NCBI RefSeq assembly: GCF_006345805.1
Contig: NC_043005.1
Coordinates: forward strand, 39,990,001-40,054,000
Source: Octopus sinensis
Taxonomy: Eukaryota
Direction: 5' to 3'
DNA: 64,000 bases
The translations under genes were made by a program, and so were the position numbers. Shown here in pieces: positions 12,570 through 26,600 of the stretch. Each line of letters begins with the position of its first letter. The stretch's first letter is position 1. The notes below the pieces were generated by a model. It was not told where the DNA came from and searched no databases. It saw only the letters and a program-made list of their open reading frames with translations.

Positions 12570-15500
12570 CACACACACATATATACGAAGGGCTTCTTTC
12601 AGTTTCCGTCTACCAAATCCACTCACAAGGCTTTGGTCGGCCCAAGGCTATAGTAGAAGACACTTGCCCAAGGTGCCATGCAGTGGGAATGAACCCAGAA
12701 TCATGTGGTTGGTAAGCAAACTACTTACCACACAGTCACTCCGCACCTAGTGTAATGTTAGTTATATTTCTTATCTTAACTTTCAGTGCAATTTCTTAAA
12801 TGCATATATTAGTGCCCAGAATACTTTATTAAGAGAAATGTTAAAATAAACATAAAAGAATTTAAAGAATAAAATGATTTATTTCATCATTTAGAAGATA
12901 AGCTATTATATATAATAGTGGCACGTAAAAGCCACCATCCAACTGTGGCCGTTTGCCAGCCCTGTCTGGCACCTGTGCTGGTAGCACGTAAAAAGCACCC
13001 ACTACACTCACGGAGTGGTTGGCGTTAGGAAGGGCATCCAGCCATAGAAACATTGCCAGAGCAGACTAGGCCTGGTGCAGCCTTCTGGCTTCCCAGACCC
13101 CAGTTGAACCGTCCAACCCATGCTAGCATGGAAAGCGGATGCTAAATGATGATGAAGATAATGATGATGATATATATATATATCCAATAACATTTCACGG
13201 TGAATATTAAATGAGAATAGCTAAATAAAAAGTTTTGACAAAAAAAAATTTTTATGGAAACTTTGAAATTGTTAAATATTGAAGTGAAATTGATGGAACT
13301 TACTAGTTGTCTGATCTTGATACTAGTGTTGTCACCTAAATGTTCTGAGACAAAGAGCCTCAAGCATCCAAATAATTTACGATAGAAACTTTCCTTATCC
13401 AAACAAAACAAATGGAGCATTTTACACCACGAGCAATAATTCTCCATATCAACTGATAATAACAGACGTATCTTTTATCTTTTACTTGTTTCAGTCATTA
13501 GACTGTGGCCATGCTGGAGCATCTCCTTTTTGAGCATGTATTTCTGTGAGTCAAAATGTGTTTATACAATTTTGTATATATGAAATTTTTCACTGAGTAG
13601 TTTTTAAATGAGGAAACTTTTTTCTTTTACTTATTTCACACTGTTTGGTATTATGTTTTTATATTATCCACAGGTCTACTATAGTAAATCAGATCAATTA
13701 TTGAAAATTGACTATCAGCCTGGAGGCAATGAGGATAGCCCTCATCCAGAGTTTGTGAACACAATATCAGAAATAGATGATTATAAAGCAGGTTTGCTTA
13801 CTTCTATATTTTTCTTTGTTATTTCACAAGTTATAACTATTACGATATTTTGTTTAGACAAGCTTCTTGCAAACTTTCTTTCTCTAACAAAACTGCATTA
13901 AAAAAATATTAATCCTTATTGCTCAAAAAAATAGTTCATAAACTTAAGAGTGGGATAAGTTAATTGCATTAAATTTATAATGGATGGTTACGATAAGCAA
14001 AAAGGATATGCAATTTTAGCATAAACAATTCATTTTATCTGAAGAGTTGGATCAATATTCAGTGAAGCTCAAGCATTTGAACGTTCATATGCTAAAGAGA
14101 GGAATTTGGGGATTGGCCTCTCTTCTGGGTGGTTAAATGTCAGTCTACTGGAATTATAAAATCAGTTTTATAGGTGTTTAGGTAGAGGTCAATGCAAAGT
14201 TTGCATGTCATGCAATTAATGAGCAAGAAAGAATTCAATGCAAACACTCAAAGAAGAAAACGTTTAGAAGCAATATAATTCATTTGATTATAATTTTTTT
14301 GCTGCTATTGTTTAGCAGATGCTGTCTAGGTGTTACCATGCAGTACTGTCTGCACTGATCTTAAACCTCCCCTTTTTCCTCTTTTCTTCTGTCAACGGTG
14401 CTGTTTCTGTGTAAATTTACAGTCAATGTCTGGATTTTTCAGGCTTTTATGTCGATGGAACAGATTCCTCTATACACCAGTTGAGTATCCCAAATGTTGA
14501 TATCAGTCCAGGTACTGCAAATACATTGTGGGATATTGTCTTGTTGTAAGAGGAAAGCTCTGACTGCTAGATCTTCTAAGTCTAATATAGTATACTTTGG
14601 TTACTCAGTCCTTATTTAGAGTACCTTTGAAAGGTACATTCTTATCAAAATCTGCATATTTGTAGTAACTGCTTTAGTGAATGGGGGAAATATAGAAACA
14701 ATTGATACAAAGGTTCAGGGATTGGGAAATAAATTTTCTATGTTCAGCTGTTAATTTTACATAAACATATTGTTCTTCTAATTCCCTCATTGTTCAACTT
14801 GTAAAAAATTACCAAGTGTAATTTATTCACTCTAACATGTACAATGACTATGTAATATGGATGGATTTGGTTATTATTAGAGAGAAAGTCTTGTGAGTAT
14901 GATGCACTGGTTCTTTGGTGTGATGGTTCAAAATTTTGTTTCGGGACTGGTCACACACACACATACACACACAAATATGCACATGTACACACACACACAT
15001 ACACACACTCACATGCCCCTGCACATGCACACATGTGCATATGCACATACACAGGCATACATGCAATATTATTGTCAATATATAAATTAAGGCATCATAA
15101 ATTAAAGGCGGCGAGCTGGCAGAATCGTTAGCATGCCGGGCGAAATGCGTAGCCGTATTTCGTCTGCCGTTACGTTCTGAGTTCAAATTCCGCCGAGGTC
15201 GACTTTGCCTTTCATCCTTTCGGGGTCGATAAATTAAGTACCAGTTATGCACTGGAGTCGATGTAATCGACTTAATCCGTTTGTCTGTCCTTGTTTATCC
15301 CCTCTGTGTTTAGCCCCTTGTGGGTAGTAAAGAAATATATATAAATTAAGGCATCATTACTAATAGCTTCATGATAAAGTTAATAAACCAAGCCAAACAT
15401 CAGACAATATAAGAACAACAAACTTCTATGAAATCATCCAAACTCCTACACTGACTATCAGTATGGGATCAAAGAACTGGCAGAAAGGTGGCTTCAGACC

Positions 15501-18500
15501 GTGCAAACCTGATGGTCTCTACTTCGAATGCTAGGCTACTTTTGTACTTAACAAATAAAGCAAATAAGTTACCAAAATATTGCAAAGCTTTTGATTCAAC
15601 ACAGTAATTATTCATTAGTTTGAAGGCTCTAATTAGAAGCAGTCAGTTGATTTAGCTTTGAAATAGCCCTGGTTGTTGTTGTTCTTAGCATCAAACAATT
15701 GCTCTTGTTCTAATATTGGTTCCTCAATGTGATCACACAAATTGTATATGAAGTGCCTAACATAAAGTTAGTGTAACCAAGTCACTCCAATTAGCAAAAC
15801 CAATGTGATAATTGAAGGTATAAATGGAATAGTTTTAACTAGGAAGTGAAGTTACATTGAAATGTTACCCTTGTTTCATGATATCCAACACACTGATTTC
15901 TTTAAATATTTTTTTTTATTTTCAAATTTACTTTAAAGGCATTCGATACTTGCAAGATTCTGTGCTTGGAAATTGTTCAACATCAAAAATTAAAAACACA
16001 TCACTTGCTGATGGAAAACAGATGTTAGGAGACACAACATCATATGAAGGATACATTATTAGGAACATAATGCAAAGTTTCATCCAAAAAAAAGACTTTG
16101 AATATGTTGGACTGGTAAGCTAACATTAATTTACAATATCATAATTTTCTATTAAATTTTTTGTGTTACACTGCTATATTTGGTTGCTAATTAAGCAATG
16201 TATTTATGGATGGTTAATGGGTAGGATGTGAAGCCACACCTGAAAAAAAAAATCAATGTTCAAGGCAACAGGACATTTTATACTTTTTGTTTCATTTACA
16301 TATTTTAAAGAATTTGTATTAGATATTCATATAGCAGTATAATTATCTTTTTCCTTCCAGAGAACAATTCGGAATATTGATTGTTTTGTGTTTGCTGCTC
16401 ATAAAAATCAGTTTATGCTTCAAGATGGCTCACCAGATTCGGCAACTTATGAAATTTATTTATCATCTGTGAGTATATATATGGTCCCTTCCCTTTTGAC
16501 TGCTTGATCAATGTGTTTGTGTTTGATGCTGTTATTTAGAGGATGTTTTTTGAGCAATGTCATGCATCTTATCTTCTGATGTAAAGTTTATCAGTATCAA
16601 TGTTGACTCTTTGAGCTTGACATCAGATTCTTGCACTTTTAAATATCAATGGATTAGATTTCTTCTGACTTTTAAGTCTAGTTGTTTCTCAGCACTGAAA
16701 ATATCTTTGGTATAGATCTATAGATCATCAACTAAATTATATGTTACATTGTTGTTTCTAACATAAAAGGTATTTTTAATTTTTTCTTTGTTTTGTAAAA
16801 GTAGTGAAAATGAATCTAGTGCCAAAGTAAATTATAGTTGTAGTTTGCTGTTCCATAATAGTTTTCATTTGACCAGAAAATCCACCAGTTATGATGAACA
16901 ACATGAGTCATCCAATTGTGTACTTCCAACTAAACCCACTTTATGCACTTGCTTTTTCTTTCTGTTGTCCTAGTAGCATCTCACTTTCAGTCACTATACT
17001 TAATATAGACCCCATAACTGCATAAGTGCATCTGGAAATTCTTCCTCACATGTTCACATTAAATATAGACAGCTTTAACATTATACTTGTACAAATGTAC
17101 TGTGGTTTCCAAACTCCATTAGTTAAGCCCTTAAATGCATCCGAGACTTGAATTCACAAACATATTTCAATATAATTTTGTTACTGTTATTAATTAGTTT
17201 GAACATGACCATCTTTAACATTCTTTAACTCTCTCAGACCTGGGGTCCTGAGTAAAACAATAAAACAATAGTTGCATATACAGCTCAGACTAATAGATAG
17301 AGTCACAGAAAAATTCAATAATAAGCCTATCTCTGAACTACCATATTTGTTCACCCAAATTGCTACTCTTCTCATCCCTTTTACCAGTTTGATTATCTGA
17401 ATCACTCTCATTGTCTGCATAAGGATAAACTATTTGTCTGGAAACTAAATATCATCAATAATTTCCTCAACTGCAAAGAGTCTAAGCCTTGCTCATTTAT
17501 CAGACGAAGTGCTGGGTTTCTTACATGCTTGTTTCATTGCAAAAAATCTGGGGGGTTTTTTTCAATTAAAAACATAAGTAAATAATTGCTATGGGTGACA
17601 CCATTAACAATGAGCCATAAACACACTTGACTACAAAGCTGCAATGTGAACAGTTGCATACTATTATTATTTTATCTTCTTTTTCTGCCTGTGTTGTTCA
17701 TTACCACTTTACTGGGAATCCAGTGGAGATTACATTTATGCTATTTCCAGTATACCAGGAACATAGCACAGCAGCATTAATGTTTGACTAGCAACAATGA
17801 TATATGCATAACCAACTGAGACATTGTGTCATGCTGATGTGGTGATATTGGTGTGATATGCTTATGTATAGAATGAAAACCTTGATGGCAATGATATAAA
17901 AGCTCAAATCTGTTTTCTATAGCAGCTCTAATTTTATTTTGTTCATAGCATTTCCAGATAACCAAACAAAATCAGAACTTTTAAGCAGAGAATATACATC
18001 CACTGGTCACACTTGGATTTGTAAATTTTATTTCATGCATTATGCTATCATGAGGAATTGTGGAGAAAGTTTAGTTCTATTACACACCAGATCTCACTGA
18101 GAGTCACTCTAGGAATGTACTATTAACATAATACCTAGTAATTCAAAGTCACAACAAAGTTGTTCTATGAATGCTGCAGTTATGGTATAAATAACTCAGA
18201 GATTGTTTGCATCAGCCATTATTTAAATTCTGCATTCTGCTGACAGGTGATTGTCTGAAACAACTTTCCCACTCTTTATGACAAACTTGTTAACTCCTAA
18301 AACTTACCAGGATTTATTATTACCATTCTCACCAATGCAGTCTATCTCTTGTTTCCTTAAATATCAGAATTTATAGTTACCTACAGGCTATTGGTGAAAG
18401 TGCATAAATTTGATATCAGCAATTCTCCTTCTCCATGCAAAAAACTGTGAGTGATTTGGTGTACTTAATTAACAAGTTGCTTACTAATACTGCTGCAAGT

Positions 18501-21500
18501 TAAGGTCTACATTCAATAGATGAAACCTTAAGAAAAAATGCAAAACAAGCAAGCTCCAGAGATGCAGGCATGGCTGTTTGATTAAGAAACTCTCACTTTG
18601 CAACTAAATGGGTTTGGGTCCAGACTCACTGAATGGACAAGTGTCTTCTACTATAGCACTGAGCTGACCAATGCCTTGTGAATGAATTTGAGAGACAGAA
18701 ACTGCATGGGAGCCCATCATGTACATGTGTGTGTGTGTGTATGTGTGTGTGTGTGTACATGCGCACATGTGCAATGTGTGCATGTGTGTGTGTGTGTGTC
18801 TGTCTGTCTGCTTATCTGTCTTCGTGTTTGTATCCATCCCCTGCATCACTTGACAACCAGTGCTGGTTTGTTTACATCCACATACTTTAACAATTTGGCA
18901 AAATAGATTGATAGACTAAATACCACATTTAAGAAAAAATGAGTACTGTGGTTGATTTGTTCAGCTAAAACCTTCAAGATGGTGTCTCACATAGTCACAT
19001 TCCAATGACTTAAAACAAGTTTTAGAAAATGAGTATGTCTTAAACTGTTTCCTATACTTGCCAAAGAAACATATAATATTAGACCCATCCTCTACAACAG
19101 AACTGAGATCCTAAAATCATAGTGCCACATTAAAAGTGCTGATACCACATAAAAAGCACTGGCAATGATGCCATGTAGAAAACACCCAGTACACTCTGTA
19201 AAGTGGTTGGTGTTAGGAAGGGCATCCAGATGTAGAAACTAACCAAAACAGGCTATGGAACCTGGCAGGGACCCTGGCCTTGCCAGCTTCTGTCAAGCTT
19301 TTCAACCCATACCAGCATGGAAAACAGATTTTAAATGATGATGATGATGATGATGATGATGACGACGATGACGATGGTGGTGAAGAAGAAGAATAAAAAG
19401 AAGAAGGAGGAGGAGGAGGAGGATATGAAGAAGAAGAAGAAGAAGAAGAAGAAGAAGAACCAATATTGTTTTTAAGCAAGAGAGAGAGAGCAGCAAGCAG
19501 CCACTAATTAAGAATTCATTAAGAAGTAGTGAATTATGAGAAATATGACAGGCTTATAAGATTGTTGTATTCAAACATGTATTCAAACAGTTTTCTGTTA
19601 ATTTCATAAGGCAAATTAAAAAAGTAAAAAAAAATATTCATGATAATACCAATGTAAAAATTAAGAGTTAAAACTGTGTTCCATAATCAATTTTACAAGA
19701 AATATTTTGAATTTTTCTCTACAGTTGAAATTTTAATATATTTTTATAATTTATATTTTTAGAGTGACTGGACAGTTTTACCTGATAGAAGTGGACAAAC
19801 ATTTGCAAATTATCCTGTAATGGTTAACATAGCTTTAGACACGGTAAATTTTAATATTTGATATTTTAATATTATCTGAATTAGGATTTATATCTGTATT
19901 GTTGAGCTTCTCAAAAACTTGTTTGAAATTTAATAGAACTTATGACAAATCATTTGTCATAGGTATTTAAAAGAATGGCTTGTGTAGGTGAATTAAATTT
20001 GTTGTATGTCTTAAAGTTTAAATTCAGTTCTCAAATTCAAGTCAAACATAAGGAATCTCAAATTGCTTATCTTTTCAAGACATTTAATATTTTTATACTA
20101 AAGAAATATTGGTAAATTTGCCTAAAAATGAAATAATGTATCTATTCATTTCTCTCATGAATTATTGCCAAAAAATAATTTGATACTGAAAAATATGAGA
20201 TAAATTTTAATTCCAAAATATAACTAGATTATTATTGAATGGAAATGTTACTGTATATACAAGGGGGTGCTGTAAAGTTCCTGGCTTTAAGGGTATTGTG
20301 AAAGGCCTGGTTGGAGGCCTAACCCTCCAGTTCTTTTACAAGGCTTAGAAAAACTGAAGGATCATTACAATAAGTGTGTATCTGAGAGGGAAATATGTTG
20401 AATAAAATCATGATTAACTGATCTTCCTGTATTTTATCTTACCCAAAGCTAGGAATTTTCCAGCACCCCCTTGTGTATCTAACGTCAGAAATCTCTTTTT
20501 ATAACAACAATATTCATTTATAGGCTGAATTATCATATCAACTTAGCTTCATTGATTTTTCGGATCAGCAACAAGAGGTTGATGTATCAACTTGTTATGA
20601 TGCAAGTAAAAAGATGCATATTTCAATACTTTTGAGTGGTAAGTTTCTTTTGGAAATACATTTCATTCATGTATGTTAAATTGACTTCTTTCAAGCACAG
20701 ATTAGTTGTTTTATGAGGGTGTAGTTATAACCAAAGTAAATGATCTCAATATATTACTAATTCCTATTTAATAAAAGATAGAAAAAACAAAGTTGATTCT
20801 AACAGAGTTTGAAGTAAAAATTTAACAGGGCAGTACTAAAGATACTAAAAAATATATAAAAAAAACATTTCAAGAAACTTTCCAAGAAAGATATAATTTT
20901 AAAGAAACAGATTTTTCTTATTGTCATATAGGACTCTAGTTTGTTTTGTTTTGTTTTTGTTTTTTGCATAAAAGTCTTTAATTTAGATCTTTATTTTTAA
21001 TAGATCTGTGTTAATTCTGTAGTTGGAAGAGTGAAAATAATGTTCAATATTAATCAATACTGATAAACTGAAAGGTGATAATGCCAGACATTTTATTTAT
21101 GCAATACTAATGCAAAATATGCAACAGAGAAAATGGCAACTGAAAGAACTTTGATTACCACTTTTTTTTTGACAGTCTAAGTATATCAGGACAATCATTT
21201 GAGAGCTAATCTTGTGAAAATATAAGATTCTGCATTCCACTGAAGAAATCAGGAAACTCATAAAATGTTAAATATTTTATCATCAAAATCAAAGATGGCA
21301 CTCAAAATAACAATATAGCTTTTATGCAGCAGAAGTAACATTTAAACGGTATTAATCAAGTCAAAACACTTGACCGTTGAGCCATGCAATAGGATAGAAC
21401 TTGAAACCATGTAACCATGTAATTAAGCAGTTTTCTTGATATCCATTCAGTCTACCTGTACACACAAAAATGCACACATATGTATACCCATATATGATTA

Positions 21501-23632
21501 TATACACACACATAAAGCTATATCATCATCATCATCATAATCAACATCATCATCATCATCATCATTTAACGTCCATTTTCCATACTAAAAAGGCCAGGAG
21601 CCACACCAGGTTCCATCAACTGTTTTGACAAGGTTTCTATGACTGAATGCTCTTTCTAATGCCAGTCACATCACAGAGTGTACTGGGTGCTTTTTACACA
21701 ACACCAGTACTAGTGCTTTTTATGTGCACCATCACCAGTGCTTTTTACATGGCACCAGCATCTGTCTTTTATGTGGCACCAGCACCAGTGCTCTTTATGT
21801 GGCACCAAAACCAGTGTTTTTTGGATGCTACGGGATGAAATCTGGATGGGGGAAGAAGGTTGATGGAGCAGAGTCCCTCATGAACCAAGGTGGTTTAAGA
21901 TATCAATTCTATTGTGGTAGTGGGGTCTTCTTGAATACAACAACGTGCCCTATATATCTCGGTCCTTTTTCATCTTGAAAGTCTTGGCATTTTGCGATCG
22001 GCCTTTAATGCTTCATTCCATGTCTCTCTGGGTCTCCTTCTTCCACAACTTCCATCCACTTTAAGTGACCAGCACTGAGCTTATCTATACACATCACACA
22101 GCCAAACTAGCACAGTCTTCTCTCTTGTACACTGGATCCAATTCTTATAATGCCTATATTCTCTCTCAATATACTAGTGCTCTGTCATACATATACACTG
22201 ACATTGCACACCCAGCAGAGCATGTCAGCTCTATTCCTCTCTGGTCTTCACACAACATCTGCATTCAAGACCCATATATCACTACCATGTAGCATTACAG
22301 TTCATATACATGCATTATACAATCTTCTTTTCACTCGAAGAGGGACCTTTGGTTGCCAATAATGGTAAAAGTCCTTTGAACTTTCTCCATCCTATTCTTG
22401 TTCTAGCAATTACATCCTCCTCTGTTGCTTCAAGTAAATAGCCCTGCTCAATCTCCAGGAAAGGTATTGGCAGGGACATAGAGGTGCAGGAAGGCTGACA
22501 GAGAAAATAGTGTTCATATGTGGAAGATGTACAGGAGTCATAAAGACTATATAGATACACAGCAAACTGATTTCCTCACATATCACAGAGACTCTCAAGA
22601 AGTTGTAAATAATTTCTGCTACCTAGGTGTATCTATATAGTCTTTATGATTCCTGTACATCTTCCACATATGAACACTATTTTCTCTGTCAGCCTTCCTG
22701 CACCTCTATGTCCCTGCCAATACCTTTCCTGGAGATTGAGCAGGGCTATTTACTTGAAGTGGGAAGGGTTCTGTCCCATTTCTTGCTTACTAGAGCCTTG
22801 GTCTTTACTAAGTGAACTTTAAGACCCTTTCATTCCTGGTTTTGTTTCTGCGCCTGGAATTTCTTTTCTAATTCTATTACAGGATTTTACTATGAGGGCA
22901 AGATTATCAGCATATAGTAGTTCCCATGGGCTTCCAATCTTAAATTTCTGTTATAGCCTGGAAGACAATGATGAATAGGAGTGGGGTGAGGACTGAGCCC
23001 AGATGAACATCTACTTGTACAGTAAATTCATCATTGTATTTATGGTCAAATCTTACCTTACTAACAGCTGCCTGTACATGGCTTGTACTGCATTCACAAG
23101 CCATTCGTCTACCTCTAGCTTTCTCAGAGACTACCATATCACAGAGCAATGGACTATGTCAAAGGCTTTCTTCAAATCAAGAAATGCTAAGTACTTGTCT
23201 TGCAGTTGCCTGACTTTGAAAATAGGACAAGTCCAAACTGCATTTCATATAGTCTAATTCTTTTCCTAATTAACTGGGCTATAACTCACTCCATAACTTT
23301 CCATCAAAGATCTCTCCCTTGCCTTTATAGCAGCTGACTATGATGCTGCTACACCAGTCACTGGGGATTATGCCTTTCTGAATAACCTGATTAACTATGT
23401 AGGTAGCTAGACAATATCCTACTCTACCAGATATGCTAAGCCTCTCAGCAGTGACACCTGATGGACCAGGGGTCTTCCCCGTCTTCATATCTTTGATTGC
23501 TTTATTTATCATACTCCCATCAACTAGGATAGCCAGTCTTCTGGTTGGGTTCATATGGGGGAAACTCCCTTTTTCCCATTCATTCTCTGCATTTATTAAA
23601 TGTAGAGAATGGAAATTAAAAGAAGTATATTG

Positions 23633-23675
<43 letters not shown>

Positions 23676-26600
23676 GAAAATGGATGCATTGTGTTCAATT
23701 GAATAAATAATGTGTTATATATATATATTCAATTTCTGTACACCACACCTAACACTCTATACATACATATACATATATAAACATGCATATATGGGTACAG
23801 GATGTCACCAACGGTGCAAATAACTTACACACGAGAGATAGATACAAGACATGGACAGTAATTACAGGACAAAAATGCGTGAAACATGTCTGTGTATGTG
23901 TGTGTTTGTGTGTCCCCATCTGACAACTGGTGTTGGTGTGTTTACATTCCCATAACTTAGCAATTCAGCAAAAAAGACACTAGACTAAGTACTAGGCTTT
24001 AAAGTAAAAATAAGCAGAGGGGTCGATTTGCTTGACAAAAATTCTTTATGGCAATGACCCAGCATAGCCACAGTCAAGAGACTGAGGCACGTAAAAGATA
24101 AAATGTAAAAGAGTACTTAATCATAGGCGCAGATGTCGCCATGTGATAATGAGTTTGCTTCCCAACCACATGAGTCCAGGTTCAATCTCACTGTGTGGCA
24201 CCTTGGATAAGTGTCTTCCACTATAGCCTCAAGCTGACCAAAGCTTTGAGAGTGGATGTGGTAGATGGAAACTGAAGGAAGTGTGTGCGTATCCACTTCT
24301 TGACAACTGATGTTGGTATGTTTACATCCTCATAAGTTAGTGGCTTGGCAAAACAGACAGATAGAATAAGTACCAGCCTTTGAAAAACTAAATACTGGGG
24401 TTGATTCATTCAATTGAAATTCTTCGAGGCAGTGCCCCAGCATGGCCACAGTGTTATGACTGAAAAAAGATAAAAGATGCCATAAGATTGTACTAATTGA
24501 AACATGTAAATAGAAATTAAAGTGGGCAATTGTCAATCAGTCTTTACTATTTTAATGATAAATCATCTCAAAAATATGTAAATCTCATCTGACTAATCAT
24601 ATTTGTTTCGTTAAAGGTAACTACATCAAATCTACAAAAGAGGTAATTGAAACAATAGGGAGAGCAATGATTCGAAAACTTGTGGGCATTGATGCTCTTC
24701 AAATACAAAATGTTCAATTATCTTACGATGCTAACTTAATGTATTTATATGCAAGTATCCTGGACAATGCACCTGAAGGTAAGTATCAAACTTTACTTTG
24801 CATTAGAATGTTTAGTTTTATGTTATCATAAATGTTCCACATATGTATGTAACAATGGTTTCAAAGATAGCAGTAAAATGTGTTTTCTTTGTAAAATGAA
24901 GTCTTACAGAGTTATTGGGTTTGAAGGGTGACAAGTTTCATCATCCTCCTCCTCATCATCATCATCCTTTAGCCTCTGTTTTCCATGCTAGTATGGGTTG
25001 GACAATTTAACCAGAGCTGGCAAGCTGGAAAGCTGCACCAGGTTTCCATCTGATTTGGCTTGGTTTTTATGGCTGGATGCCCTTCCTAACAGCAACCACT
25101 TTACAGTGTGTGCTTTTATGTAGGACTGGCAAGAGAGCCACTTACATAACACCAGCACAAGTGCTTTTTATGTGGCACCAGCACAAGATTCTTGCAGGCC
25201 AGTCCTCCTCGCCAGGGGATGCAGGCCAGTCCTCCTCGCCAGGGGATGCAGCCCTAGCACTTCCGCTGTGGAGGATGAGTCTTCTTGAGTACAACAAGGC
25301 ACCACGTATCTTGGTCCTTTGTTAACTCATCTGAAAGGTTCAGCATTCTGAGGTTAAGGTGGTGGTGGTGGTGGTGGTGGTGGCGGCGGCGGCGGCGGTG
25401 GTGGTGCTGGTGGTGGTGGTGGTAGCAACTGATGCTGGTTTTGTTTGTGCTCAGGGCATAGTCAGGACCATTTAATTCTCTCAGCTAAAATGTATTCATC
25501 TCTGTGTTGTGTCTCTGTTGAAAAGTAGGACAATAACCAAACAATGACCTTTCTTTTCCTTATATATTTGAAGCTAAGATAATGAATTGTGACACACAAA
25601 AACGTTTTCTTGTTTTTAATGTAGATAAGATATTAATAAAATAAGCACAAGTAGAAGATATTGAAGTATACTGTGAGCAAGTTGAGAGAGTGGCTGATTG
25701 AATCATAGCTAGGTTTTACATTATATATAGTAAACAACATATCCAAATCAACATAATGATAATTTTAAACTATTTACATGGATCTAACTGCATTTTTACT
25801 CGCATTGTGTTGGTACATATCTCTCAGCACACTATCAGCCATCCAATAATTTGGACCTGGAGATCTCCATTTCCAGCGACTTCAAGGGCCACCTCCCAGT
25901 GGTGTTGGGTGTCAACGAAGAGCCCTCGACTACAACAAGACAACCAAAGTTTTTTTTTTTCCAAGGTCTGGGGTCTCCCGCCCCTAAGCCCTAGACCATC
26001 ACCTAATCACCCTTACCCATCTTGTTGCTTAACAACAACAACAACAGCGCACTATCACTCATTGTAAAATTTACTATGCTGGTATATAACATATGATTCC
26101 AAAGTCTAATTGTATACTAATATATTCTGACAGCAACAAGGTGGTATCAAAAAGTTCCTGAACTAGTTCTGTAGTGCACCAACAGATGACAGCATATGGT
26201 TGCGTGCACAGTGAGAACTAGCAGTGACCTTCATGAGGCAGTGTGTTGAGTAACATTGTTGTGTTTACTTTGCAAGTTGTGAAATTTGTGTTTTTGTGAT
26301 CAGGTAGCCTGCAATTTTATTTATCATGGACAGAAACAAAGGGCCAACGTGAAATTATGTGAAGTCTGCTACATTGAGTATGCTTTGGCAAGTTTATGGT
26401 GATGAGGCAATGGGTCATATGCAATGTTTTGAGTAGCACAGGTGCTTCAAAAGCAGAAGAATGTCCCTGAAAGATGATGAGCAATCTGGAAGACCTGCCA
26501 CGAATGTCACCCCCAGAAATATGGTATTGTGAATTGAGAATTCATCTCCTAGGGTCAGGCCATCAATCAATAGTTCTAATGCAACATTTTGAAGCATTTG

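Noticed and set aside
21700-21815. CRISPR-like short direct repeats
   Set aside because: Contiguous degenerate ~21-bp units without unique spacers, part of an RTE 3'UTR in a eukaryotic intron.
24617-24778. SEA autoproteolysis site
   Set aside because: No G-S-V-V-V-type motif in exon 8 or 17; the SEA-like label is fold-level inference only.
25355-25425. Gly-rich coding segment (GGT/GGC)n
   Set aside because: Trinucleotide microsatellite without splice context.
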